Source: Octopus vulgaris
Lineage: Eukaryota
Length of the DNA stretch: 64,000 nucleotides
Direction: 5' to 3'
Assembly: GCA_951406725.2 (NCBI GenBank)
Contig: OX597824.1
Coordinates: forward strand, 30,752,001 to 30,816,000
In this document: positions 1-13,199 of the stretch, one piece after another
Numbering within the stretch: the stretch's first letter is position 1
How the letters are laid out: each line of letters begins with the position of its first letter
The notes under the pieces: model-generated
The model's input: only the letters and a program-made list of their open reading frames with translations
What the model was told of the DNA's origin: nothing
Database searches by the model: none
Translations under genes and position numbers: made by a program

Positions 1-1000
1 TAGAAAAACAGTGATTAACAAATCACTGGTGTCACAAATAGCCAGCAGGCTACTTAAAATTTCTTTATTAGTAACAAAAGCAGTATCAATGCAGAATAGC
101 ATTCCATATATCTTACTTAATGTGGATATACTATGAATGATATATGCATATATGCACACATGTAATATGATGCACATGAACTATATTATAAGTATTGGAA
201 AGTTCAAAACTTTGCAATGAAGTTTTATCTTGGATGGGAAACTGCAGATTTTTACATATAAATATGTTTTCCTCAGGATAAACTAACAGCCACAGTCTTA
301 AAGACTTTTATTATTTCTTAAAGTCTTTTCTTATTTCAGTTTTATTTGACCTGGCTGTTTGCATTCTGAGTTCAAACCATCCAAGGTTTACTTTAGCTTT
401 CATCCATCTCTAGGCAACAAATATAATGAACAGTCAGGTACATAGGTTAACTCTTCTCTTTCCTGCTCTGCTAGAATCAGTATGCTGGTTTGAGACTACT
501 TGCAATGACCTGGGGAAGAGTTGAGTGAGAAGCTTGTAACTTCTTTTCAACAAACATGCTATAAAAACCATGGACGGATCAATGTGTTGTAAAGCACTAA
601 ATGATTATAAAAAAGACAAAAAATATATAAAAAGAAAAAGTTGCCTAGTTCATTTTTTGCATAAATCTATCCCAGCAATTTCTGATTACATTACTCTCAC
701 TTTTGCTTAGACAAAAAGCAGACTGGTCTTCTCTGTTTTATGTGCCAATTGATAAAGCACAATGATAAATAGCATAACATTGTCAGACTCTTTAGTGAGA
801 GTTTCAACCTGGCTGGAATTCTTGTGGTTTTGTACTTGAGATGAAGCTAATAGCTATTGAACTTTCTAATACTTCCAATAATATTACATATACATACATA
901 CATAAATACATACACACATATGCATACATAAATGCACACAAACATATATATATGTTTGTATGTTTATATATATGTGCATATGTATATATGTATATGGATG

Positions 1001-1039
<39 letters not shown>

Positions 1040-1716
1040 CTATGAAAAATATATATACATTTATATGTATATGTATATGCACATGCACACAGACACACAC
1101 ACATATACATACATATATACATACATATATAAATATACATCATAATCATCATAATTTTATGACTTATTTCATGCATGTATGTGTTGGACGGTTTTTGCAA
1201 GCTTGCACAGAAATATATAAACATCTGTTGACAAATCCCCTCTGGATGAATAAAATATATTCCAGTTGAGAGAAAGGCAACATGGGACCTACAGGGTTTG
1301 AAATTAAATTACACTTACACAATAAAATAACATTTCTAAATACCACAAAGCATTTTGCCTAATGCTCTACCAATTCTGGCAAACCATATATATAAAAAAA
1401 ATTGATTAAAAGGCATATCAGATATACAGAGAAATGGATTGCCACGCACAGAGGTACATATACAATTATATAAAAAACACATATTTTAAAAATAATATTA
1501 GTAAATAAATAATGATGTCATAGTTGACAGAGGACAGAATTTCTGATAAATAATTACAGAATAATAAATAGTCTAGAATAGAATGTTATACATACACACA
1601 CAGATACATACTCAGATAACTACACACATACGTGTGTATATATAAATATATGTAAATGATAAATATAATATGACGTCAGATTAGTACAATTTGAATGGGC
1701 ACATACACACACATAT

Positions 1717-1771
<55 letters not shown>

Positions 1772-2976
1772 CACACACACACATACACATACACATATAC
1801 AAATGTATATTTATTATTCTTAGACAAGAATATTAACAGTGACTTAAAAGCTTCTTTCAATTCAGTTATAATCACACTGTATATATTATACATGCAAACA
1901 TGTAGTTACTTATACACATACATGCATGCTATCACAACTTTTGAATCGCTTAATTCTTCCTCTCCTGAGCAAAAGTATGCATTCTTTAAAAAATATCATA
2001 CAAATATGATACATCAAATTTAAAAAAAAAAGCTTGATATTATAAATAAATCATATAAAATTAAATTAAATCAATAATATATACATACACTTTTATGTAT
2101 ATGTTATCACATTTTTGTTTCTTTTTTCTTCACATGAACACAATTTACAACAATTAAAAAATCATGCAAACTTAAATTATTGGACTTTAAAAGAATTTCA
2201 ATAATATAGATAAAAGATAAAAAATTAAATAAATTTCATTTTTTTCTTTTGTAAATAAATAACTTTTTTGACAAACTTCACCACATGAATAATTACTTCA
2301 TATTCCTCTTGGCAATATCTTCATAAAACTAAAAGACTTTAGTTGGTACAATCCATTTCCAAAGTTATTGAATAGTTCACATTTAGTAAACTTATATAAT
2401 GAAGACAAGGATACTTTTCCTTCCTCCACCACTCTATATACTCTTGTAGCAACACACAAGCTTAATGAAGCATTGTACTGCTGTCAGTTTTTACTTGTGG
2501 TACACTCCATTGAGCCAAGGAGGAAATATCCAAGTTATGTCGAGACCAGCTGCTCTGTTTAAGAATTTAGTGTACCAGTAGTGACAGATTTAGCTTTGAA
2601 ATGTTTATAAATATATTGAAATACTTATAAATATACAAAGTTGCTCTAGCAACCAGAGCATCTAAAATCTATTTTTGTGGTCCCTCCTTTATTGTCATTG
2701 TTGGCCAAGGCTTGTGAGAAAAATTTCAAAGTTTCTCTTTTCAAAATATTGTTTTAGGTTGATGGCATTTAAATTGCAGTACAACCAAAAATGTACATTT
2801 ACACAATAAAATAAAAGACCTATTTATTTTATTGTGTTAAAAAGAAAAAAAGAGTATATTACAAAAATAATCTCATGAATGGTAACAAAGATTTAGCCTC
2901 ACAAACATATTAACCAATGGTTATGATAATGTTGATTTTGTGACAAAAATATAATCTTATTTTGGCAATCATTACT

Positions 2977-3058
2977 TTATACAGAACAAAATCCAAAGAA
3001 AGACTTGAAGCTTCCTGACTTGATAACTCCACCTTGGCTGTTATCTACTTGATAATAT
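2977..3058 (-). CDS. Hemopexin-domain gene last coding exon
   Basis: ttattccag|, phase 2; (V)YYQVDNSQGGVIKSGSFKSFFGFCSV-TAA with the terminal Cys that closes hemopexin propellers. AATAAA on the minus strand near 2823-2833. Confidence 0.88.
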
Positions 3059-4536
3059 CTGGAATAAGAAATTAAGAAAAATAAGTAAAAATATTAAATA
3101 ATACTAATTATTTATTTGTTTTTAAATTTAAATCTTAGTGCTATTATTGTTATTTAGACTCTAGTTTTTTTTCTTTTTAGAAATAGTGTATCTGGGGCTA
3201 CATCATCTATGCACTTTTTTCTCCCAGTAATTGTCGGTTAGTAGCAGATCAACTCTGATTAAACAAGTGTAAAATCAAAGTTCTTACAGTTTTGAACATC
3301 TTTTCTTTAAAAACACTTGTATTTAGGACTTTATTAGTATATTATCTAACATATCTTTTCTTTTTTTAAGACAGCGAAAAGTGATTTGAGAGAAACTTGG
3401 TTGCTAGCTCCTGCAAGTCTTTTGTGGCTTGCTATTGTTTAGCAGACACAAAGCCTGATGTATCAGATCTATAATCAAATGAATTTTAGTGATGGATATA
3501 GTATTTTTCATTCAGACATAGGATATCTTAAACTTCACAAATAAGTGTGTCCTTTTTTTTCATAATTATAGAATGTGATGTAAGGGAAATTTGTCTGGTA
3601 TTTCTAGCAGCTTAAATATCTACATAAAAAGATTCCTTTGTTGGATTGACAAGTGCAGTTGATGAAGCTTGAATTTCTGCTTATCAATACAAAGAGGGAA
3701 CATATTATATAACATAATCCAGGAAGTTGTATTATATCGAATGGAAAAAGTATTTTGAAAGTTTCTTCAAGATGAGATATGACATTTCAATGATAACAAA
3801 AATACTAAATCCAAGTTATTCTTTCATTTCTAATCTTAAAGCCAGTTAAGGATCATTGATGTCAAGTTAGTTTATTGTAAACCAATTTTCTCTTATCATC
3901 AAGAAAATCAACAAAAGTAAAACGGATGTAAAGTTACATTGTTAAACTACAAACAACACGAGAATGATTTCAAATGTTGTCAAAGCAATAAGGCACTTGT
4001 GCTTATACATACATACATACACACATACATACATACATACGTATTATAGTCACTCCCTCACATTTGAGTGGATAACAATGAGAGGAGCATACATCAAGAT
4101 ATAAAAACATATCCTCCAACAGTATAATATAGTATAATATAATATGATAAAATGTCATGTAATATTGTATATTATAATATAGTATAATGATATGTGATAT
4201 GATATAATGTCATATAATATATGATATGATATATATATATATATATATATTGAAAGAAATGGTAAGACAACGAAAGAATGAAAGAGACCTCGATATTATG
4301 TAAATAGAGGAATTTATCTTTAAATATAATATGTGACAATTATTTGGTAGCCATGATAAAACTCCGAGTTTCAGATGTCGGAGTTTTATCATGGCTACCG
4401 AACAATTGTCACATATTATATTTACAGATATATATATATATATCTTACCTAGGGTAAATAACTGAGTACAAAACAATAAAAGCAGAAAAACAAAAAAATA
4501 AAAGACAATGCATATAAAATGTTTTTTTAAACTTAC

Positions 4537-4703
4537 ACCATGTGACGCATGTTCCATTTCCAGAAATATATATAGTTGGAATTTCTTGATTCAAAAACTG
4601 CATCTATTTCACTTGGAATATTTTTCCATAATGCTGATATAGGAAAAACATGGTCAGTAACAAGTGTGTTCCTTTCTTCACTCCATAGATATAAAAATTT
4701 ATC
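4537..4703 (-). CDS. Hemopexin-domain gene exon 5
   Basis: tttcag| ... |gtaagt, 167 nt, phase 0-2; DKFLYLWSEERNTLVTDHVFPISALWKNIPSEIDAVFESRNSNYIYFWKWNMRHM (W..IP..IDA motif). Confidence 0.9.
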
Positions 4704-5571
4704 CTGAAAGATCACAAGAGGCGTTCTTAGAACATTTTACAGTTATACATTTGATAATAATTTCAAAATAAAAAATTTGGTTATAATATAATATAATATA
4801 ACTTAATATAATATTATATATAATTAGTGTAGAAAAATGTTTATACCGATGGCTAGAATGTTTAATAAAGTCAATAGACAACATATTTTCATATATAATA
4901 GTGTACAAACAATTACATATTTATACTTGAAAGAGGTGACTTTGACAGGACACCTTATGTACTAGAAAGGGCAGTCAAAATCCAAACCACGAATAAAAGC
5001 AATTTTAAAGAGAATGAAAATAAACAATATTTTCATTGTTAACCCCAAACTCGAGTTTCTGTATTAATGAGAAAATAAATTAATTTGTCATCTGTACTTC
5101 ATCAGTGACTTCGCTAAAATTGATGCATAATTATGTAGCTAATACATACCGAAAATACACATGCTGCATAGTTATACAGTATATTTTCAAATCCATGCCC
5201 TTTCTAGCATGTAAGGTGTCCCTGCCAAAGGTCACTCCTTTTGTGTATAAATACTTAATTGTTTGTACACTATTATATATATATATATATACAAAATGTG
5301 TGAGTTGTAGAGTATTCCTGTCTGGGAGATATCTTATTGTAGTAGAATAGTATTTTAACTGATATTTCTAAATTTCGGTATGTGGTGAAGCAAATTTTGC
5401 TGAACCCTAATTATAATTATGCTCATAGTTATAGAATTTTTGTATATGATTACAAATGATGGTTCTTTTAACATACCGAACTACTTGGTAAAATTATTAA
5501 TTATTAATTTATTAATTAATTACCCTTTATTATTATTGATAATATATATATACAGATACACACACAGACAG

Positions 5572-5614
<43 letters not shown>

Positions 5615-5679
5615 CATACATGCATCTATGCACATGTAACTTTTTATGAGTGCCTGTGATGCAGAAAATATATACTCAC

Positions 5680-5810
5680 TTTTAAGATATATATATTTCC
5701 CTTATAAGTAAAAGCAGCTTCTGGAATGTTAGGGAAACCTCTTCCAAATATTTTGCGCATGAGGAAGTGAAATTTCATATTTTGATAAAGATAGATAAAC
5801 ACTTCATGTC
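5680..5810 (-). CDS. Hemopexin-domain gene exon 4
   Basis: ttcacag| ... |gtgagt, 131 nt, phase 1-0; GHEVFIYLYQNMKFHFLMRKIFGRGFPNIPEAAFTYKGNIYILK. Confidence 0.9.
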
Positions 5811-6442
5811 CTGTGAAGAAAAGAAATCAATATGTTGTTAATTGTTTTAAAAATGCTAAAATAATATTTTATGAATACATTTCAGTCTTTAATATCCAAC
5901 ACAAATTTTTAGAAAATTATCAGCTATTTTTTAAATTAAAAGTTTAAGGGTGCTTCTCAAGTGTTTTTCTTTACCTATTTTAATTTTGATTTTTGTTAAT
6001 CAGAATATATAGCAAACTGCAGCTGTATTGTAACAACCTTTTAATACATGACTGGTGCTAACATAGCAAAATTTGCGAAATCTATGCTATAAACATGGTT
6101 ATAGGAGCAGACTTGGCTGTGTGGTTAAGAAGCTTGCTTTACAACCATCAGGTTTTGGGTTCAGTCCTATTGTGTAGCACCTTGGGCAAGTATCTTCTGC
6201 TGTAGCCCAAAGCCAATCAATGCCTTGAAAGTGAATTTGGTAGAAGAAAACTACATAGAAACTCATCACATACATGCACACACATATATGTAAGTGTGTA
6301 TGTGTATGTATAAGCATGTCTTTGTGTCTGTGTCTGTCCACTTGCGACTTAATAGATTAGCGAAAAGAGGCCAACAGAGTAAGTGATAGGGTTTTGTTTT
6401 AAGAATTAAAAAAACAACAACAAAAAATGAAAACTTTCTTAC

Positions 6443-6601
6443 CTTTAAAAATATATGCTTTCTTTGTGGTTTCTGAATAAACCATAGCATCTACATAATA
6501 TGGGCAATGAGGGAAAAGGTCATTCCTTGAAAATTTATTAATTCTAGAACCTTTTACTTCATATATATTCTTTGAAAAGAAGTACTGACTATATCCTGGA
6601 C
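6443..6601 (-). CDS. Hemopexin-domain gene exon 3
   Basis: tttcag| ... |gtaaga, 159 nt, phase 1-1; GPGYSQYFFSKNIYEV...LFPHCPYYVDAMVYSETTKKAYIFKG (DA...YIFKG blade motif). Confidence 0.9.
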
Positions 6602-6640
6602 CTGAAATTATAAATAACAATAATATTAATAGAGACAATG

Positions 6641-6641
6641 G

Positions 6642-6685
<44 letters not shown>

Positions 6686-6707
6686 TCACCACCATAATAA
6701 TAAAAAC

Positions 6708-6743
<36 letters not shown>

Positions 6744-6852
6744 TGATGATGAAGAAGAAGAAGAAGAAGAAGAAGAAGAAGAAGAAGAAGAAGAAGAAGA
6801 AGAAGAAGAAGAAGAAGAAGAAGAAGAAGAAGAAGAAGAAGAAGAAGAAGAA
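6641..6852. repeat. Compound (TAC)n-(AAT)n-(GAA)n microsatellite
   Basis: Direct reading. Confidence 0.95.
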
Positions 6853-7571
6853 TCCTTTCTTCCAAAGGCACAAGGCCTGGAATTTTGTGGGAGAGGACTA
6901 GTTGATTAGATGGACGCTAGTGTTTCACTGGCACTTAATTTATTGACCCTGAAAGGATGAAAGGCAAAGTCGACCTCGGCAGAATTTGAACTCACAATGT
7001 AGTGATGGACGAAATGCCACTAAGCATTTCGTCAAGTGTGCTAACAATTCTACTACCTTATCTAATTCTAAGATAATAAATATTTTTCTTTTCAAAATTA
7101 GCATTAATTTCATAGTGTATAATCACACAAAAAAAAAAATGAATCAAACTAATTGTTATATGCATGTCATATTTTTTAATGTTACCCATGGTAGCAAAAA
7201 TATACTGCTAATTGTAACTCCATTTAAGTAATTAGAAAATCCTGAATTTAGCTGCTATTTCTAGCAGGTCAAGTAACTATTTCATGATTCTTTGCTGAAT
7301 ATGGTGGTACTCGTGGTAGAAGCAGACATGATGGATTCAGGGCATAACAGTTGCTGTTCATCAGTACTTATTATTGTTTGAATAAGAAATAAGGGTGCAA
7401 CTATTTGTACAAAGTAATAGTTTATGAGCTATTTTACTTATATTTCTATCATGGTATAACTGTAGAAAAATAACGTTAGACACAGAATCACAATATGACA
7501 ATATAAATATATAAATACTTAACAAAACATTAAAAATAAAGAAACAGGACAAATTTGTGAAAACTACTTAC

Positions 7572-7634
7572 CTAGGAATGCTGCACTGAATTCTGTATAA
7601 TTGCAGAATATGGAATAATCCATTTTAAAATTTT
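7572..7634 (-). CDS. Hemopexin-domain gene exon 2
   Basis: poly-T tacag| ... |gtaagt, 63 nt, phase 1-1; (E)NFKMDYSIFCNYTEFSAAFL(G) with the N-terminal Cys of a hemopexin propeller. Confidence 0.85.
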   Translation of the reverse strand, partial: KILKWIIPYSAIIQNSVQHS

Positions 7635-8544
7635 CTGTAAAAAAAAAAAAAGTAAATAAGATTGGAATAATCCACTTTCAGCTATATTTACATCTTCAAT
7701 TCTGGGGATGTGTGAGTGCAAGCTTGTATGCATGTATGTATGTATGTATGTATTTATGTATGTATGTATGTATGTATGTATGTATGTATGTATGTATGTA
7801 TGTATGTATGTATGTATGTTATTATTCAGTTTATTTCTAAACAGTGCCTGTTTCTAACTCAGATCAAAGGTTCCTTCACTGCAATTTCATCAACATCAAC
7901 AGGACATTTTTGTATGTATGTATAGGTGCAGATTTGTGTGCTTTGTTTTATGTATTCCCATGCATATACTTACATGTCTAGACATGCTTATATATACATA
8001 CATACATACATACATTACATTACATACATTACATACATACATACATTACATAGACATGCTTATATATACATACATATATATATATATACAATATTTTGTA
8101 CAACAGTTCCCATGACTCAGAGTAACACTGTCAAACGTATACCAATTACATTAACTGTAGTTTTTGAATTAATGTTGTTGAATGTGATGTGGGTGTTGTA
8201 TCATCAGGAACATTTTCATATCTCGAAAACATTCCTGACTAAACGATTCTCATATCATAATCAAATGAATTAATTTAATAACTACAGTTAATATTATGCA
8301 ATTAATATATGGTTGGCAATGTTAATGTAAATCATGGATTGAAATGAAGAAAATATTAAATTTTTGTAACAAGACTGAGATAATTTATTTTCATTTCTTA
8401 AATTTCCGTTCTTAACATTTGTTTTAGTCATTTTAAACTTTACGCAATACCATACCTACTATTGCTATTACATTAAAGGAATAATAAAATTAAAGTTTAA
8501 TGATATGTTATAGAACTGAGTTGTACGTAAATATAAATATATAT

Positions 8545-8725
8545 TTACGAAAATAAACAAAAGACGAAAGCAGGTGGAGTACAAACAAACAATTGTATTA
8601 GTATGGCGCTCAGGAATAGAAATAAAACAAGTCTTTTACGTTTCGAGCCTACGCTCTTCGACAGAAAGATACACAGAAAAGAAACAAGGAGAGAAAAAAA
8701 TGCGTGTAGGAGCTAACGATCCAAC
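8545..8725 (-). mobile_element. Solo terminal repeat of the 57-60 kb Penelope family
   Basis: Matches 57130-57325 (aaagacgaa.gcaggtgga...tttcgagcctacgctcttc). Confidence 0.8.
8632..8669 (-). ncRNA. Minimal hammerhead-like motif with variant core (CUGUCGA)
   Basis: TCTTT-CTGTCGA-A-GAGC GTAG GCTC-GAAA-CGT-A-AAAGA. Confidence 0.6.
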
Positions 8726-9309
8726 GTGAAAGACAGAGGATGGAAAATACGAGAATTTTTATTATTCTCTACAATTGTTTCGACACATCTAGCATCGATC
8801 CCTCACAGGTGGGATACTTAACAACTGGTTCGGGAGTATCCGACTGTGCAGATGTGTCTCTTTGGGAGATAAATGGATATAACACGTTAAAATAATAGGT
8901 CCGCAATGTATCTTCTCTTTTCGTGTAAAGAAAAGCAGCAAATTAAAGGATATATCTTCATCTATATGAACAATAATAAAATAACAGATGCGAAAAAGAA
9001 ACGAACACGCAATACAGCGAGAAAAGTAATAAAAATAACCGTTACGGATATGGATATACATATATAGATATATAAACAAATGATTTATGCAGGTCGTTCA
9101 GAAAAAGTTGGACACTCATACATCATGTATATGTATAAATATATATGAAACTTTCTAGTTTCTTGAAAGTGAAAGTAACTTGTGAGAAGTAGCTTTTTCA
9201 GCTCCAACGGTGAAATATTTTTCTACAATAAAATATTAAAAAAAACGTGTGTTTATAGAAGGCAAAATCTGAAATAGTTATGTCGGGTGTTGACCAGGAT
9301 ACGTATGCG

Positions 9310-9386
<77 letters not shown>

Positions 9387-10726
9387 TGCGTAAATATGCA
9401 CAGTTTATTTTATTCTATTAATAGCCTGTAAAGTTACATAAGTTGCACTTTAGAAATGGAATATAAATTATACGAAGTATATATGTATACGAACCAGTGG
9501 CGGCTCGTGTATAAGAGTTGCGGAACTGCAACGTCCCCTACTTCCACTCAATATTATCGATAACATTCAATATAATGAGTCCTTTTTTCTTTAATTCTTT
9601 TTTTATACTTGTACATTATATAATCCTTAAGCTTGATGTCAGTAGCCATCCCCTAGTTTATGAAAAAAAAATACAAAAATTATTTTATAGAACTGGGGGC
9701 TTCACAGTTCCAGCGACGTGGCGTTTGACTGTTGTACATATGCTCACATGTCCAAGACAGGAAGCTTCACATTAGGGAGAGAGAGCACTGCGTGAACGAC
9801 AGTGCTGGGTGAAAGATAGTGCTTCTTTTTGACTCCGCGTGTATTGTGCTTAAAAACGTGTTTATATTCTTGAATGGGATAAAGTGTAGAACTAAAGTAT
9901 TATCCTCCTTCCAGCTTCAGTGTTGTTGTCAGGATTTGAAAAATAGGGCACATTCATCCGCCTTATTTTGTGATATAGGGGGAATTTTTGAAAAACAAGG
10001 GGGAATTCGCGGCAGTGAACAGATTAAACACAAATTAAACACACGCGCGCGCGTTTACATAGATGTTCAACGTATGTTGCTTGTATAATACTAATTCTAA
10101 TATTACCGAATACGGTGTGATTGTAAGTAAGTATACAGAATGTACTAAATACAACAGAGTATTTAGTACGGCGGCCAATCTTTTAGGCAAAAAAAAAAAA
10201 AGAAACAATCCGTGACGGTCCAATAAACGAGCCTCTAAGCCATTGCCTAACCTACTAGAAATAACACCTACAGTCTTTAAAAAAGGAACACATTGTATGT
10301 TGAGCATGAGATTAGCACCCAGAACTTTAGTATCAACATCTTAAAGGTAAGAGTCAGTAAGAATTGGAGAGTGACAAAAACGTTGACTGAACATCACTAA
10401 AGACTATTCTCCATCAAACAAATTTCAGACAGAAGCTGAAGCAGCGATGAAACCTTGACATAATTACTCCATCAGTTGAGTTAAGTTTCCTTCGAGGCAT
10501 ATCCTCTTGACTTTGAAAAGAATATATTCGTAAACGGAAAACCCGCCAGAGCTTTATACACGCACGTACATGTGTGTGTATAATATCTATGTACATTACA
10601 CACAGGCGCGCACACACACACACACACACAAATACACGCACAACCTCCTACATAGAAAATTGATTAAAAATTCCCTTGCCCCATAAACACGCATAATATA
10701 CTTATATGTATATATAAGTGTATACA

Positions 10727-10824
<98 letters not shown>

Positions 10825-11052
10825 ATGACCCCATGTAAGCCTTGTGCATATTCTATCGGTCTCTCTTTTGGACGTAAATATACCAACACCCGTTATCCCC
10901 CCCAACACCACTTGACGACGGGTGTTGGTATATTTACGTCCAAAAGAGAGACCGATAGAATATGTACAAGGCTTACATGGGGTCAATTGTTAGACGAAAA
11001 CCCATCAATGTAGTGCCCCAGCATAGCCGCACACAAATGACTGAAACGTGTA

Positions 11053-11184
<132 letters not shown>

Positions 11185-11217
11185 AATATATATATATATA
11201 TATATAATATATATATC

Positions 11218-11315
<98 letters not shown>

Positions 11316-11656
11316 AATTAAGGACTGAACACGAAAAGTGGACAGTCAACATGCTAGATATAGACGTCAAATCGTCATTCTCCACAAAAGATTATGTTCT
11401 CAGATCAAACTCATATATATACATATATATAATATAATTCGAGACAAAACCACTATTTTAAAACCAAACAAGAAAAGACTTAATCAATACATAAAATTTT
11501 AATATAAATTTTATGTATTGATTAAGTCTTTCCTTGTTTGGTTTTAAAATAGTGGTTTTGTCTCGAATTATATTATATAATATTTTACTATAAAATTGGA
11601 TTTAACCCTAAATCTGATTTTCCCCTGTAATTTTGGATTCATTCCCTAATATTTAT

Positions 11657-11920
<264 letters not shown>

Positions 11921-12051
11921 AATCGATATGTAGCGCCAGGTATGGAATTGGTTGTGATATCACGGACTGAACAACCTTGAGTGGAAGCCATTACAGTAGT
12001 CCAAAAGACCAGAACCTGTGAAAGAAAGGAATAAATAACGTTTATACTAAC

Positions 12052-12172
12052 CTGGTGTATCTATTAAGTTTTCCTTTTTGATAGCAGCACTTGAAGTTGG
12101 AGTTAATAAAAAGTTCATCGAATATATAATCACAGCCAAAACTGAGACCTTCAAATTTACCTGTCCACTCAT
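12052..12172 (-). CDS. Probable exon 1 (signal peptide) of a secreted hemopexin-domain protein
   Basis: ATG at 12172 (caaatATG, A at -3) gives [40 protein letters not shown]: basic-hydrophobic-SSA, signal-like. Ends at G|GTTAGT (phase 1), matching the phase-1 acceptor at 7634. Linkage is inferred from phase only. Confidence 0.55.
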
Positions 12173-12893
12173 ATTTGTTATAACAGCAGCGATTGCCTCC
12201 ACTACGACAAAAATAGTTATTTACTTTGTAATTAACAATTAGGTAATAAATTAAAATGAATGAGTTGATACTGTGTGAACAATCACTGAATTTCTTTTCT
12301 GTTTAAATATTTCTGTTACTTGAGTAAAGTTCGTGTTTAAAAGTTTGCGTTTAAGGAAGGCCTTATCGTCTCTTGATATGTGAATGAGTATTTTCTTGTT
12401 AGACGGCAACTAATTTGAAAAAGTGAATGCTTGCATTTTATAGTATTTGCCAGCTTACTATGATTGGTAGTTATTTTTTTATAAGCCTGCCAATCATTGT
12501 AAGTTAGTGAACATTACGAGGAGTGACGAGTGCGGCTTATTATTATTGTTAATGGTTGTAGTTGTAGTAAAACCGCTCCCACCTAACCCCCACCATTTGT
12601 CGCTTTCTGCGCACATGTGAGAGTAGTTTTAGTGTTGCTATTTTCCGGTTTAGATATGATAATCTTTATGAATGTTGAAGGACTGCACTCTCAATGAACT
12701 TATCGTAAACAAATAGTAAAACAGAAAAATAAGTGAGAGTGAAGCTACGTCAAACTTTTTTCTTTCATTTTTTTTATCATATTTCTAACTGCTTTTTTTT
12801 TTCTTCTGTTCATCTTTCCGTGACTTTGAATTTTATTTACATTATATCATCCTAGAAGTTTTGGGTAAATCCATTTGATATCATTAGATTTGT

Positions 12894-12927
<34 letters not shown>

Positions 12928-13018
12928 GGGGTAAGTTTAAGCGGAGCTGAGAACGCGCGATCTATGAGCTAAAAAGTAAAAGGAAGAGATTGTTACACGT
13001 GTATTATCTTATCTGCAT

Positions 13019-13089
<71 letters not shown>

Positions 13090-13199
13090 CATACATATAT
13101 ACATACATACATACATATATATATACGCATATATATACACACATACATACATTCATATATTTGTGTGTTTGTGTGTGTGTGTGTGTAAGTTTATATATA

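Noticed and set aside
9497-10030. CAGTGGCGG hAT-like terminus
   Set aside because: No partner TIR or TSD found.
11960-12051. 36-nt intron and mini-exon after the signal-peptide exon
   Set aside because: The intron is implausibly short and the frame stops after 18 codons.
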